This document shows, one piece after another, positions 27,270 to 36,571 of a stretch of 64,000 nt of DNA. How positions within the stretch are numbered: the stretch's first letter is position 1; each line of letters begins with the position of its first letter. Source of the DNA: an uncultured Methanosarcinales archaeon (GTDB lineage: Archaea; Nanobdellota; Nanobdellia; Woesearchaeales; JAGWAF01); the NCBI GenBank assembly GCA_964414985.1, contig CAYPXA010000007.1:12233-76232 (forward strand). The letters run 5' to 3'. Under the pieces are notes generated by a model that was given only the letters and a program-made list of their open reading frames with translations, was not told the origin of the DNA and did no database searches. A program made the translations under genes and the position numbers.

Positions 27270-29681
27270 ATGGACAAGTCCAAGCAGTTTGTTCTCTGGT
27301 TTGATGAGATAGGAATAGAGGATGTTGCGCTCGTTGGAGGCAAAAACGCATCCCTCGGAGAAATGTACAGGAACCTGTCCAAAAAGGGAGTCAGCATCCC
27401 GAATGGCTTTGCAATTACCGCTTATGCATACAAATACCTTCTGGAAAAGGCAGGAGTTGAAGAAGAAATAAAGCAGATTCTTTCAGACCTTGATGTAAAA
27501 GACATGAAAAACCTGCAGGATAGAGGCAGGAAGGTAAGGGAAATAATCAGGAACTGCCACTTTCCATCAGAGCTTAAGGTTGCCATAATAAGCGCATACC
27601 ACAAGCTCTGCCAGCAGTACGGAAAAGACACTGATGTTGCAGTCAGGAGCAGTGCAACAGCTGAAGACCTGCCGACTGCAAGCTTTGCAGGCCAGCAGGA
27701 AACCTACCTCAACATAAAAGGAGGGCACCAGCTGATTGAGGCGTGCAAGAACTGCTTTGCATCATTGTTTACAAACAGGGCAATGTCCTACAGGGAAGAG
27801 AAGGGATTCGGCCATTTCAAGGTTTACCTTAGCATAGGAGTGCAGAAGATGGTCAGGTCAGACATTGCATCTTCAGGAGTAATGTTCTCAATAGACACAG
27901 AATCAGGATTCAGCGATGTTGTTTTTATCACAGCTGCATACGGATTGGGAGAAAATATCGTCCAGGGAGCTGTAAATCCAGATGAATATTATGTCTTCAA
28001 GCCGACTCTTGCAAAAGGGTTCAGGCCGATAATCGCAAGAAGCGTTGGCGAGAAAAAAATAAAGATGATTTACACAGAAGAGGGAAACAAGACAACAAAG
28101 AATGTTGATGTTCCTGAAACTGAAAGAAAAAAGCTTGTCCTTTCTGATGACGAAGCCCTGAAGCTTGCCAGGTGGGCATGCATAATAGAGGAGCACTACA
28201 GCAAGAAAGCAGGAAAGCCAAAGCCAATGGACCTTGAGTGGGCAAAAGATGGCAGGACAAACGAGCTGTTCATAGTGCAGGCAAGGCCTGAAACAGTCCA
28301 GAGCCAGAAAAACGGAAATGTAATCCAGGACTATGAGCTTGTTGACAAGGGAAGGGTGCTGTGCACAGGAAGAAGCGTAGGAGACAGGATAGGCCAGGGA
28401 AAAGCCCATATCATAAAAGACGTAAAAGATATTGAGAAATTCAAGAAGGGAGAAGTTCTCGTGACAGAAATGACAGACCCTGACTGGGAGCCGATAATGA
28501 AGATTGCCTCTGCAATTGTAACAAACAAGGGAGGCAGGACATGCCACGCAGCAATCATCAGCAGGGAGCTTGGAATTCCGTGCGTTGTTGGAACAAATGA
28601 CGGAACAGAGAAGGTGAGGGATGGCCAGAACATCACAGTAAGCTGTGCAGAAGGCGAGACAGGAACTATTTACGAGGGGCTGCTCAAGTTCAGGATTAAT
28701 GAAGTAAATCTTGAAAAGATGCCTGAAACAAAAACACAGGTCATGATGAACGTCGGAAATCCCTATGAGGCTTTTGAGTTCAGGGCAAAGCCGAATTCAG
28801 GAGTCGGGCTTGCAAGGGAGGAATTCATAATCAATTCTTACATAAAAGTGCACCCGAGGGCGCTTATCGAATTCAGCAAAATAAAGGATGCAAAGCTGAA
28901 AGAGCAGATTAATGACATTACATTCAACTACAAGGACAAGAAGCAGTTCTTTGTCGACAAGCTTGCAGAAGGCATAGGAATGATTGCAGCTGCATTTTAT
29001 CCAAAAAAAGTCATTGTCAGGATGAGCGACTTCAAGACAAACGAATATGCAAACCTTATCGGCGGAAAGGCATACGAGCCTGACGAGGAAAACCCAATGA
29101 TTGGGTGGAGGGGCGCGTCAAGATACTACTCGCCGGACTACAGGGAGGCATTTGCCCTTGAGTGCGACGCAATAAAGAAGGTAAGGAATGAGATGGGCCT
29201 TGTAAACGTCAGGGTTATGATACCATTCTGCAGGACTGTTGAAGAAGGAAAAAAGGTTCTTGCTGAAATGGCAAAGAACGGCCTAAAGAAAGGGCAAAAC
29301 TCGCTTGAGGTTTATGCAATGTGCGAGATTCCATCAAACGTGATTCTTGCAGATGAATTCCTTGAGATATTCGACGGATTTTCAATAGGCACAAATGACT
29401 TAACCCAGCTTACACTCGGGCTTGACAGGGATTCTTCACTTGTTGCGCATATCTACGACGAGAGGAACGAGGCTGTCAAGTCGCTTGTTGCAAAAGTCAT
29501 TGAAGTTGCAAACAAGAAGAAGAAATACATAGGCATCTGCGGCGATGCTCCCTCCACATACCCTGAATTTGCGCAGTTCCTTGTGAAGTGCGGAATACAG
29601 TCAATATCACTTTCGCCTGATGCAGTTGTAAGGACAACGCTGAAGATTGCAGAGATGGAAAAGAAGCTCAGGCAGAAATAA
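27270..29681 (+). CDS. ppsA: phosphoenolpyruvate synthase (pyruvate, water dikinase)
   Basis: 803 aa; N-terminal VALVGGKNASLGEMY, a central phospho-His domain (GGRTCHAAIISRELGIPCVVG), and a C-terminal PEP-utilising TIM barrel. Confidence 0.85.
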   Translation: MDKSKQFVLWFDEIGIEDVALVGGKNASLGEMYRNLSKKGVSIPNGFAITAYAYKYLLEKAGVEEEIKQILSDLDVKDMKNLQDRGRKVREIIRNCHFPSELKVAIISAYHKLCQQYGKDTDVAVRSSATAEDLPTASFAGQQETYLNIKGGHQLIEACKNCFASLFTNRAMSYREEKGFGHFKVYLSIGVQKMVRSDIASSGVMFSIDTESGFSDVVFITAAYGLGENIVQGAVNPDEYYVFKPTLAKGFRPIIARSVGEKKIKMIYTEEGNKTTKNVDVPETERKKLVLSDDEALKLARWACIIEEHYSKKAGKPKPMDLEWAKDGRTNELFIVQARPETVQSQKNGNVIQDYELVDKGRVLCTGRSVGDRIGQGKAHIIKDVKDIEKFKKGEVLVTEMTDPDWEPIMKIASAIVTNKGGRTCHAAIISRELGIPCVVGTNDGTEKVRDGQNITVSCAEGETGTIYEGLLKFRINEVNLEKMPETKTQVMMNVGNPYEAFEFRAKPNSGVGLAREEFIINSYIKVHPRALIEFSKIKDAKLKEQINDITFNYKDKKQFFVDKLAEGIGMIAAAFYPKKVIVRMSDFKTNEYANLIGGKAYEPDEENPMIGWRGASRYYSPDYREAFALECDAIKKVRNEMGLVNVRVMIPFCRTVEEGKKVLAEMAKNGLKKGQNSLEVYAMCEIPSNVILADEFLEIFDGFSIGTNDLTQLTLGLDRDSSLVAHIYDERNEAVKSLVAKVIEVANKKKKYIGICGDAPSTYPEFAQFLVKCGIQSISLSPDAVVRTTLKIAEMEKKLRQK

Positions 29682-30609
29682 CATAAATCTTCTTTGACAA
29701 TGATTTGTGCAGGTAAACTGTAAATTCTGCCTCGACATTCAGGCCTGCATCCTTAAGCATCTGCCTGTTTGGAGTGAAGTCAGGAAGCCCTATTACAGCC
29801 TTTTTCTTGAGCAATTTTTTCAGCACGCTGAAGAATTTTGGGTAAAGCAGGCTTAAATCCTGAGATTTTGTAGCCTTTGCATAAGGCAGGTCTGAAGCAA
29901 GATAATTCATCTTTTTTCTTATGAGAGATGCATCCTTTTTTTCAAGCCTGCATTCTATGCCAAACGACTTAAGGTTTTTCCCTGCCATTTTCAGCATTTC
30001 ATCGTCGATATCAGACCCCTCGGGAGCAAGGCCCATAAGCCCTGCCTCAAGCAGGATGCCGCCTGTGCCGCAGAATGGGTCGATGATTTTGCCGCTCTTT
30101 ATTCCTGTGAGGTTGACAAAAGCCCTTGCGAGCTTTGGATGGAGAGATGAAGGATGCATTTCAGGCCTTAGGTGGGGCCTTCTTGCCTCCAGCTCTGAAT
30201 GGCATATTTCCTTAATAAGCCTTGCAGCAAACATTCTGCCATTCTCAAAGAAGAAATGGAATTCTGAATCTGGGTTTCTAAGGCAGACTTTCGGGCTTTC
30301 CAAAGTTTTCCAAACTATGTCTGCAAATTGTTTTTCCTTTTCCTTGGGAGCATTGTGAACCCTTGTGCAGAACGAGCCTTTGCAGAATTTCTGCCAGCCG
30401 AAAGATGCTGCCTTTGATTCAGCATCTTCTGCGCTGCACTCAAAGAGAAGCTCATAAGCTGCCTTTGTGAATGCAAGCCTTCCAAAATCAATGAATGAAG
30501 AATCCAAAAGAAGAATGCCTCCTTCAAGCCTTCCTTTTCCGAACAGCGCTTCAGCCTCTGCTTTTGCAAGCTCAAGGTTTGATTTCAGCAGCTCAAGCAA
30601 TAGTTTCAT
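29668..30609 (-). CDS. THUMP-domain tRNA (guanine-N2) methyltransferase, Trm-G10/Trm11-like (UPF0020)
   Basis: DPFCGTGG SAM motif followed by a ...DIDD... catalytic region; the N-terminal region is THUMP-like. Confidence 0.6.
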   Translation of the reverse strand: MKLLLELLKSNLELAKAEAEALFGKGRLEGGILLLDSSFIDFGRLAFTKAAYELLFECSAEDAESKAASFGWQKFCKGSFCTRVHNAPKEKEKQFADIVWKTLESPKVCLRNPDSEFHFFFENGRMFAARLIKEICHSELEARRPHLRPEMHPSSLHPKLARAFVNLTGIKSGKIIDPFCGTGGILLEAGLMGLAPEGSDIDDEMLKMAGKNLKSFGIECRLEKKDASLIRKKMNYLASDLPYAKATKSQDLSLLYPKFFSVLKKLLKKKAVIGLPDFTPNRQMLKDAGLNVEAEFTVYLHKSLSKKIYVISA

Positions 30610-30687
30610 AACACTTAAATTCTCAGTAGAGGTTATTAAATCTTATTATTTCTTTTCTATAGTGAAACAAAAAACTTATAAACCCCA

Positions 30688-31032
30688 TTGCGCAGATTAA
30701 TCCCCATGAAAAGGGGTAGGCCAACAAAGTCTGCAATCAGGCAGAATATCGTCGATATTCTGTTCTTCATGAAGAAAGGCTACGGCTATGACATCTACAA
30801 GGCGTATGCATCAATCTTCCCAAAGCCAACGCTGAGAGTCATCTACTACCACCTCAAAAAAGGGCTCCAGCTTGAGGAGTTCAAGGTTGCTGAAATCAGG
30901 CAGGAAAAAGGAGACTACAGCTGGGGCGCAGATGCAGAGAAGATATACTACAGCCTCGGCAAGAATGCAAAGCCTACGGCAAGCGCAAGAGCAAGGAAAT
31001 ATTTTGAGAAGAAAAATTCTGAACTGAATTAG
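30688..31032 (+). CDS. small PadR-like winged-helix protein (tentative)
   Basis: About 110 aa; NIVDILFFMKKGYGYDIYKAY resembles a PadR recognition helix region. Confidence 0.35.
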   Translation: MRRLIPMKRGRPTKSAIRQNIVDILFFMKKGYGYDIYKAYASIFPKPTLRVIYYHLKKGLQLEEFKVAEIRQEKGDYSWGADAEKIYYSLGKNAKPTASARARKYFEKKNSELN

Positions 31033-31048
31033 GCAGGCATTTATTCTA

Positions 31049-31720
31049 TCAAACAAGCTTTCTCAAGAATCCCATCAACGCAAATGCCTCCCTCTTTGTA
31101 AGGAAGCTCTTTGACACCATCTTCTTCCAGACAAGAACCTGCGTCTTTTTCTTTTCAGGAGTGCTGAAATCCATCTTTGACATTGCCTGCTTCAGAAGCT
31201 TCATGACCTGCTCCTTGTCCTGCCTGGCTGCAGGCTGTATGTGCGAAAGTATGCTTTCCCTTTTCTTTGCAAGCTCATAAAGGATGACAGCAGCAGCATG
31301 GCTCAAATTAAGGACAGGGTATTTTTTTGAGGATGGGATTGATGCAGAAAAATCGCATTCTGAAATCTCCTCATTTGTAAGGCCGTGGCTTTCCCTTCCG
31401 AAGACTATGCCTGCATTTGCTGCTGCAGGAATCATTTCAGCAAGCTGGCAGGGAGTTACTGCACATCTGCTGATGTTGTACTCTGTCCCTACCTTTCCTG
31501 TTGTCGCAACAAGAACATCCATCTTGGGCAGCCTTTTCACAACCTTTGCATTTTTCAGCACATCCTGCGCCCACTTTGCCCTGTTCCTTGCAGCCTGCGA
31601 AAGATGATTGCATTTTGGGTTTACAAGCACAAGGGAAGAAAAGCCGAAATTTGCCATTGCCCTTGCAACAGCTCCAACATTGCCTGAGTTCCTTGGCTCG
31701 ACAAGTATTACAGAAATCAT
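31049..31720 (-). CDS. SpoU/TrmH-family RNA 2'-O-methyltransferase (TrmJ-like)
   Basis: MISVILVEPRNSGNVGAVARAMANFGF is the SPOUT N-terminal signature. Start trimmed to the Met at 31720. Confidence 0.65.
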   Translation of the reverse strand: MISVILVEPRNSGNVGAVARAMANFGFSSLVLVNPKCNHLSQAARNRAKWAQDVLKNAKVVKRLPKMDVLVATTGKVGTEYNISRCAVTPCQLAEMIPAAANAGIVFGRESHGLTNEEISECDFSASIPSSKKYPVLNLSHAAAVILYELAKKRESILSHIQPAARQDKEQVMKLLKQAMSKMDFSTPEKKKTQVLVWKKMVSKSFLTKREAFALMGFLRKLV

Positions 31721-32907
31721 CTTACAAAAGGCAGCACAATGCTTGCAACAATTATTGCAAGGAAGACAAAGCTTACAAACTTCCATATGCCTGCTGCAAT
31801 GTCCTCCCTAAGGTACCTTTCAAGTATTGCCTTGAGCATTCTTCCGCCGTCAATAGGCCCGAGAGGGACAAGATTGAAAAGCCCGATGCCAAGGTTAAGG
31901 ACATAAAGCCAGTAGAAAAGGCCTATCACCCATATCAATGATGAAGTGGCAATAACCCCATATTTTTCCTGGAAGCTTTCCCTTATCTCATTGTTCTGCT
32001 GGAGATAAATTCCCATGTAGGACCTGTTTGAATCTTCAGGGTCTGATACAAGTGTTAAAGTGTATGATGAAACATTTGTCTGAAGGACAATTGAGTCGCC
32101 AGGATTCTTTGAGTTGAGCACTGAAGTAAAATTGTCAATCAACTGAACAGGATTTCCGTCAATAGCTGTTATTATCTCCCCTTTTGCTATTCCTGAAGCC
32201 TCTGCAGGGTAAGTCGTGTTGTCATGCCCCCTTATGTATCCTGCAACCTCTACTCCTGAAGGCTCGAAGATTGCATTGCCCAGAGGCATGAACAAAAGCC
32301 AGAATATGAGCGCAACAACTGCTGCAAATACTATGTTTGAGAAAGGCCCAGCAGCATAAACTGAAAGCTTGGTGCCTGTCTTTTTCTTCTGGAGCTCGTC
32401 CTCATCAGGCTCTACAAAAGCAAGAGGGAGTATCGGCGCAATTATTGCAAGGAAGCCGAATCCGCTTGATTTTATCTTGACTCCGTGAGCCCTTGCAATT
32501 ACTCCGTGCGAAAACTCATGCACAACTGCAAGAAGGAAGATGGATATTATCCAGTAAAAGAATGGGACATAAAAGCTGCCCTTGACCTTGAAAGGAAGCA
32601 CAAGCGCAACCCCCGATGTTGCAGCAGGCGTAATAAACATCTTTACAATGTTCATGACAAGAGAGTATGAAATGAATGCCATGCCTAGAAGAGCAACTGA
32701 TACTCCTGCATACCCTGCCCACTTTACCAGCCTCGGGAATTTTCCTGAAACCTTGTTCATAAAACCAAGGCCTATCTTGGTCTTGTACATTGCAAAATAA
32801 AGGATTGGAAACGCAATCTTCTGGATTGAAATCCTGGCCCAGTTCCTGAAGATGAAATAAGCCATCAGAAAAATAAAGACGATAGTTGCTATAGTCTGGA
32901 CATCCAT
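31717..32907 (-). CDS. site-2 protease (M50 metalloprotease) with PDZ domain
   Basis: HEFSHG (HExxH) in a TM helix, multiple TM segments, and a central PDZ-like insert (GIAKGEIITAIDGNPV). Confidence 0.7.
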   Translation of the reverse strand: MDVQTIATIVFIFLMAYFIFRNWARISIQKIAFPILYFAMYKTKIGLGFMNKVSGKFPRLVKWAGYAGVSVALLGMAFISYSLVMNIVKMFITPAATSGVALVLPFKVKGSFYVPFFYWIISIFLLAVVHEFSHGVIARAHGVKIKSSGFGFLAIIAPILPLAFVEPDEDELQKKKTGTKLSVYAAGPFSNIVFAAVVALIFWLLFMPLGNAIFEPSGVEVAGYIRGHDNTTYPAEASGIAKGEIITAIDGNPVQLIDNFTSVLNSKNPGDSIVLQTNVSSYTLTLVSDPEDSNRSYMGIYLQQNNEIRESFQEKYGVIATSSLIWVIGLFYWLYVLNLGIGLFNLVPLGPIDGGRMLKAILERYLREDIAAGIWKFVSFVFLAIIVASIVLPFVR

Positions 32908-32980
32908 TTTTTCTATACAGCCTCTTTTTTAAAACAATGCAAAAATGAATATAAAAATGTTGCTAATTAAAAATAAAATT

Positions 32981-33142
32981 TTATTTCTTCCTTTTTGGCC
33001 TTAATGCGTGCGACTTGCACATCCTGCAGGTTATCTTGCCTGCAATGACATCAAGGTTGGATGCCTTGACTACGCTTTTGCATCTCCTGCATACAAATTT
33101 CCTGTAAAATAATCTTGCGTCTGCTTCTGGAAACTTAACCAT
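32981..33142 (-). CDS. rpl40e: 50S ribosomal protein eL40 (not in ORF track, 53 aa)
   Basis: Reverse-complement translation gives MVKFPEADARLFYRKFVCRRCKSVVKASNLDVIAGKITCRMCKSHALRPKRKK. This matches the archaeal L40e pattern M.RFPEAEAR.F..K.C.RC...N....KCRKCG...LRPK. Confidence 0.65.
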   Translation of the reverse strand: MVKFPEADARLFYRKFVCRRCKSVVKASNLDVIAGKITCRMCKSHALRPKRKK

Positions 33143-33152
33143 TTTAACCTCA

Positions 33153-33551
33153 TTACTTAAGCTGCTTCATTACCCTTTCTGTAAGCACAAGCCAATAAAG
33201 GACCGAAGACCCCTCTACAACCTGGCCTTTGAGCTCTTCCGGTATTGGAAGGTCAAAAGTCTCAAATGTCTCTGAGTCCATTACGTTTGCAACATCTCCT
33301 GTAATTGAAAGGACCTGTGCAGTCTTTTTCTCAATGATTGGAACCTCAACGCTTTCATGGCCAGGCATGACAGTATCCCTTTTCTTGCCGTCGAGAAGCC
33401 CTATAGTCAGCAATCTTACTTTTGCGTGGCCGTGCTTTCCAGGCTTGGATGTCTGTGTGTCCAGCACCTTTGAAGCTACTCCTTCAATAATGACATAACT
33501 GCCCTTCTGAAGCGAAGTTACACCTGCAATTTTTGTATGCCCTTCTGCCAT
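33153..33551 (-). CDS. eif5a: translation initiation factor 5A (aIF-5A)
   Basis: Hypusination loop SKPGKHGHAK; 132 aa. Confidence 0.85.
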   Translation of the reverse strand: MAEGHTKIAGVTSLQKGSYVIIEGVASKVLDTQTSKPGKHGHAKVRLLTIGLLDGKKRDTVMPGHESVEVPIIEKKTAQVLSITGDVANVMDSETFETFDLPIPEELKGQVVEGSSVLYWLVLTERVMKQLK

Positions 33552-33728
33552 TCATAATCACCTGTCTCGCAAATATTAAGCAAAAAACAGCTTAAATCTG
33601 TTTGTGCACCTTGGGAATTTGGGGGATTTATAAAAGTTTCGGCATTTTTAGGCTTTTAATATGCAAAACAGCTGCCAAAGCCAATTAAGCAATTTAGACA
33701 ATCGCTTAAAGCTATGCAGACAATCGCT

Positions 33729-34409
33729 TCAGAAAATCCTGAAGAAAGGAAACCTGCGCAGAGGTGAAGCCTGCTTTTTTGCCCTTCTGCCAACATGCCT
33801 GAGCTTCTGCTCAATCTCATTAGAGTTCGGGAAAGATTTTTCCATCTCCCTGAACTCTCTTGTGTGGTAGCGCAGCTTTCCGTTTTTTGAGCTGAACTTG
33901 TTCTTTTTATGGAGCATCTCGTGGTACATGACATAGTCCATAAGCTCGCTGGGCTCGCCCTTAAGAGATGTGTTTATTGTAATTGTGTCAGAGCCGTAGT
34001 CATAGCTTCCGAGCCTGGACTTTCCGGAATTCCATTTAAAGTTCGGCTTTTCAAGCATTCCTGCAAAGAACAAGGAGTTTACCCTGTCAAATGACTGCTC
34101 GATTTCAGGCTCTGACTTTGTCTTGGGGACTGCAATGTGCACCTTCTGTATGAATATGTGGTAAAGGTCTATGTTTTGAGTTGACTTCTTTTCCTTGAAA
34201 ATCCTTGCAAGAAGCTCCTGCATAAGCCCCATCTTTATGTCGCTGCTTATGCCCCTCCAGTTTCTGCTCATGCTGAATGTTATTTTTGAGCCTGACATCC
34301 TTATGTTTGCATTGTAGCCTTTGAACTTGCCTGAATATTTCAGAAAGAACTCATGCCGGATTTCCTTTTCAGGCCAAAGGCCCCTGAATGCATCTTCTGC
34401 AATTCCCAT
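33729..34409 (-). CDS. DUF45/YgjP-like (SprT-like) zinc metallohydrolase
   Basis: MDYVMYHEMLHKK...YHTREFREMEKSFP matches the HExxH...H...F pattern of the YgjP/WLM fold. Confidence 0.5.
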   Translation of the reverse strand: MGIAEDAFRGLWPEKEIRHEFFLKYSGKFKGYNANIRMSGSKITFSMSRNWRGISSDIKMGLMQELLARIFKEKKSTQNIDLYHIFIQKVHIAVPKTKSEPEIEQSFDRVNSLFFAGMLEKPNFKWNSGKSRLGSYDYGSDTITINTSLKGEPSELMDYVMYHEMLHKKNKFSSKNGKLRYHTREFREMEKSFPNSNEIEQKLRHVGRRAKKQASPLRRFPFFRIF

Positions 34410-34410
34410 T

Positions 34411-35511
34411 TTAGGCAGACATTTCGTACCTTAGTATTGCTGCAATCTTCCCAAGGTCCCTTAGCTGGACTCCTTCCCTTGTCTCAGTTGAGATTATCAT
34501 TACTTCAGCATTTGTCTTTTTTGAGATTTCCTCAAACTCTGTTATCTTCTCTTCAGGAAGGTCCTCTGAAAGAAGCAGCAGGCTGACTGCTCCAAGGTCA
34601 AGCGCCTTCCTCGCCTCAAATTCTCCGTAAGTGACAAGACCTGGGTTTTTGGCAAGCAGGTTGAGGAACTTCTGGACTGCTTCCTTTTCAGCAGCAACCT
34701 CCTCTTCTGCAAGCACGTCGCTGCTCCTGTCAAGAAGCTCCTGCAGGCCGAACTCGCCTGTGTAGCTCAAGTCCTTTACTGCAATGACCCTCTTGAGGAC
34801 ATCAGCAGTCAGGTATTCCTTGCCCATAAATTCTGTTGTAGTAACGCTCGGGCCTCCCAGAAGTATTCCCTTGACTTCCTTGTTGTGGAGAAACTGCTCC
34901 TTCATGTATTCGGCAATCTTCTTGAAGTGGTCCTTTTTGGCGCCGTCCCTCAGCCTCTCAAACCTTTGGGATGACTGTCCTCCAGCCCTTGTCTTTCCCG
35001 GAACTTCAGAATGCGTGCTTACCACGGGAACAATTGTCTTTCCCTTAAGGAATGCTATTGTTGCATCTCTCCTGTCAAGAACAACCATGCCGTAGATTTC
35101 CTTTGTTGCAAGCATCTCCTCAAGTATGTCAAGCACAAAAGCCTTGTCGCACCTGTAAATCCTTGTCTTAAGCGGGATTGGAGGCTCAATCGACCAAACC
35201 CTGACATCAGACATGCCATCCCTTTCAGAGACATTTCCTGAAAATGCAGCAAGCCCGTTCGGAGGAGTCTGGCTGTAGAGCTTAAGGTGCTGAACCATTT
35301 TTTCCAGAGCATCAATCACATTCTTCCTTGTTGCTGTGGACTTTATGTTTGTGGCAGTGCCCTGCTCCTGCTTGATGTGGTTTACAACCTTGTTCATTTC
35401 ATAGCCTGAAGGAACATAAACTGAAACAAGCTCCGTATGCCTGCCCCTGTGCTTGCTGAGCTCATTTACAAATTTCTTAAGCTCAAACCTCTGCTTTGAC
35501 GTTATTGCCAT
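34411..35511 (-). CDS. prf1: peptide chain release factor aRF1
   Basis: NIKS motif (TNIKSTATR) and GGQ motif (TRAGGQSSQRF); Pelota would lack both. Confidence 0.8.
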   Translation of the reverse strand: MAITSKQRFELKKFVNELSKHRGRHTELVSVYVPSGYEMNKVVNHIKQEQGTATNIKSTATRKNVIDALEKMVQHLKLYSQTPPNGLAAFSGNVSERDGMSDVRVWSIEPPIPLKTRIYRCDKAFVLDILEEMLATKEIYGMVVLDRRDATIAFLKGKTIVPVVSTHSEVPGKTRAGGQSSQRFERLRDGAKKDHFKKIAEYMKEQFLHNKEVKGILLGGPSVTTTEFMGKEYLTADVLKRVIAVKDLSYTGEFGLQELLDRSSDVLAEEEVAAEKEAVQKFLNLLAKNPGLVTYGEFEARKALDLGAVSLLLLSEDLPEEKITEFEEISKKTNAEVMIISTETREGVQLRDLGKIAAILRYEMSA

Positions 35512-35530
35512 TGCTAACCCAATTTGATAC

Positions 35531-35547
35531 AGGTTTATAAAAGTTTG
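35531..35547 (-). promoter_or_regulatory. conserved promoter element AGGTTTATAAAAGTTTG (BRE/TATA) upstream of aRF1
   Basis: TATA-like TTTATAAAAG about 25 bp upstream of the ATG, implying a leaderless transcript. The same 17-mer recurs at 37976 and, partially, at 33625. Confidence 0.45.
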
Positions 35548-35610
35548 TCAAAAACCTGTGCGCGGCCTATCGAAACCTTTAAAAACAAACTCATTTTCTC
35601 ATAGGCAAAA

Positions 35611-35729
35611 GGGGCTATGGGGTAGCTTGGCTTATCCTTTCTGGTTTGGGACCAGAAGACCCCGGTTCAAACCCGGCAGCCTTATTTGCAAAAATGAATA
35701 GGACTCTGGTGAAAGTCCGGGTAGCCCCA
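35611..35729 (+). tRNA. tRNA-Pro(UGG)-like gene with a roughly 44-nt insertion in the T-arm (putative non-canonical intron)
   Basis: Acceptor GGGGCTA (35611-17) pairs with TAGCCCC (35722-28), discriminator A. Anticodon arm TCTGG-TTTGGGA-CCAGA has U33, UGG and G37. T-stem half CCCGG and loop TTCAAAC (35661-72). The complementary CCGGG follows only at 35717-21, after an intervening 44 nt (35673..35716). Confidence 0.45.
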
Positions 35730-35774
35730 TTTTATCGATAAAAAAAATCAACCAATGCACGGAAGGAAAATCAA

Positions 35775-36197
35775 ATGGCAGTTGAAAAAAAGCTTGCAGG
35801 AGTGAAGAGGTTCGGCCCAAGATACGGCAGGAGCCTAAAGCAGAAATTCATCAAAGTAGAGTCAGAGCACAGGAAGACCCACAAGTGCCCGTACTGCAGC
35901 GGCATAAAGGCAACAAGGGTAAGCGTAGGAATATGGAGCTGCGCAAGGTGCGGTGCAAAGTTCACCGGAAGGGCATATACAATACCCAAGAAGCTCATAA
36001 TCAAGGAGTCTGCACTCAAGGAAGCAGCTGAAACGATTGAAGAAGCTGATGAAGGCGCATCTGAAGAGATTGCTGAAGAGGAGAAGCCGCAGAGATACAA
36101 GGAAAAGATGCAGGAGACTGCTGAAGAGCAGCAGCCTGAAGAAGCAGCAGAGCAGGAAGAGGAGCAGGCAGAAGAAAAAGAAGAGGAAGAGCAATAA
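35775..36197 (+). CDS. rpl37ae: 50S ribosomal protein eL43 (L37ae) with long acidic C-terminal extension
   Basis: N-terminus GPRYGRSLKQKF..., C4 ribbon CPYCS...CARCG; the last 50 or so residues are Glu-rich low complexity. Confidence 0.75.
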   Translation: MAVEKKLAGVKRFGPRYGRSLKQKFIKVESEHRKTHKCPYCSGIKATRVSVGIWSCARCGAKFTGRAYTIPKKLIIKESALKEAAETIEEADEGASEEIAEEEKPQRYKEKMQETAEEQQPEEAAEQEEEQAEEKEEEEQ

Positions 36198-36198
36198 A

Positions 36199-36336
36199 AT
36201 GGTTAGCTACAAGTGCTTTTACTGCAACAAGAAAATATCAGACCAGCTTATGGGCAAGAGGGTAAGGTGCCCTTACTGCGGCAGCAAGATGATATTCAAG
36301 CCAAGGTTGACTTCAACCAAGGTAAAAGCAAGGTAA
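36199..36336 (+). CDS. rpoP: DNA-directed RNA polymerase subunit P (Rpo12), 45 aa, not a separate entry in the ORF track
   Basis: MVSYKCFYCNKKISDQLMGKRVRCPYCGSKMIFKPRLTSTKVKAR carries a CxxC...CxxC zinc ribbon. The ATG is 2 nt after the L37ae stop, in the conserved L37ae-RpoP arrangement. Confidence 0.65.
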   Translation: MVSYKCFYCNKKISDQLMGKRVRCPYCGSKMIFKPRLTSTKVKAR

Positions 36337-36337
36337 A

Positions 36338-36571
36338 ATGGATTATAGTGCTGAAATAACAGCAAGAAAAGGCGCTGACAGCATCTACAAGTGCATTTCA
36401 GCCGAAAGCATCAGCAGGGAAAGGTCGACTCTAAATCTTGAGAAAAAAGGAAGCACGCTGGTGATAAAGGCAGAGGCAAAGGACGCAACTGCATTAAGGG
36501 CTACGCTCAATGCAGTGATGCAGATTATAGCTGTCTGCGAAAAGATGGAAGAGGCATCCGGCAAAAAATGA
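36338..36571 (+). CDS. pcc1: KEOPS complex subunit Pcc1
   Basis: 77 aa; RSTLNLEKKGSTLVIKAEAKDATALRATLNAVMQIIAV parallels archaeal Pcc1 (...DFKLEGKKIILDIKATDSSALRGTVNSYLRWI...). Confidence 0.55.
   Translation: MDYSAEITARKGADSIYKCISAESISRERSTLNLEKKGSTLVIKAEAKDATALRATLNAVMQIIAVCEKMEEASGKK

Noticed and set aside
33656-33934. 92-aa ORF on the minus strand
   Set aside because: Entirely overlaps the DUF45/YgjP-like gene in another frame; Cys/Ser-rich with no motif.
34411-35511. Alternative call as Pelota/Dom34
   Set aside because: Presence of both NIKS and GGQ motifs identifies aRF1; Pelota lacks them.
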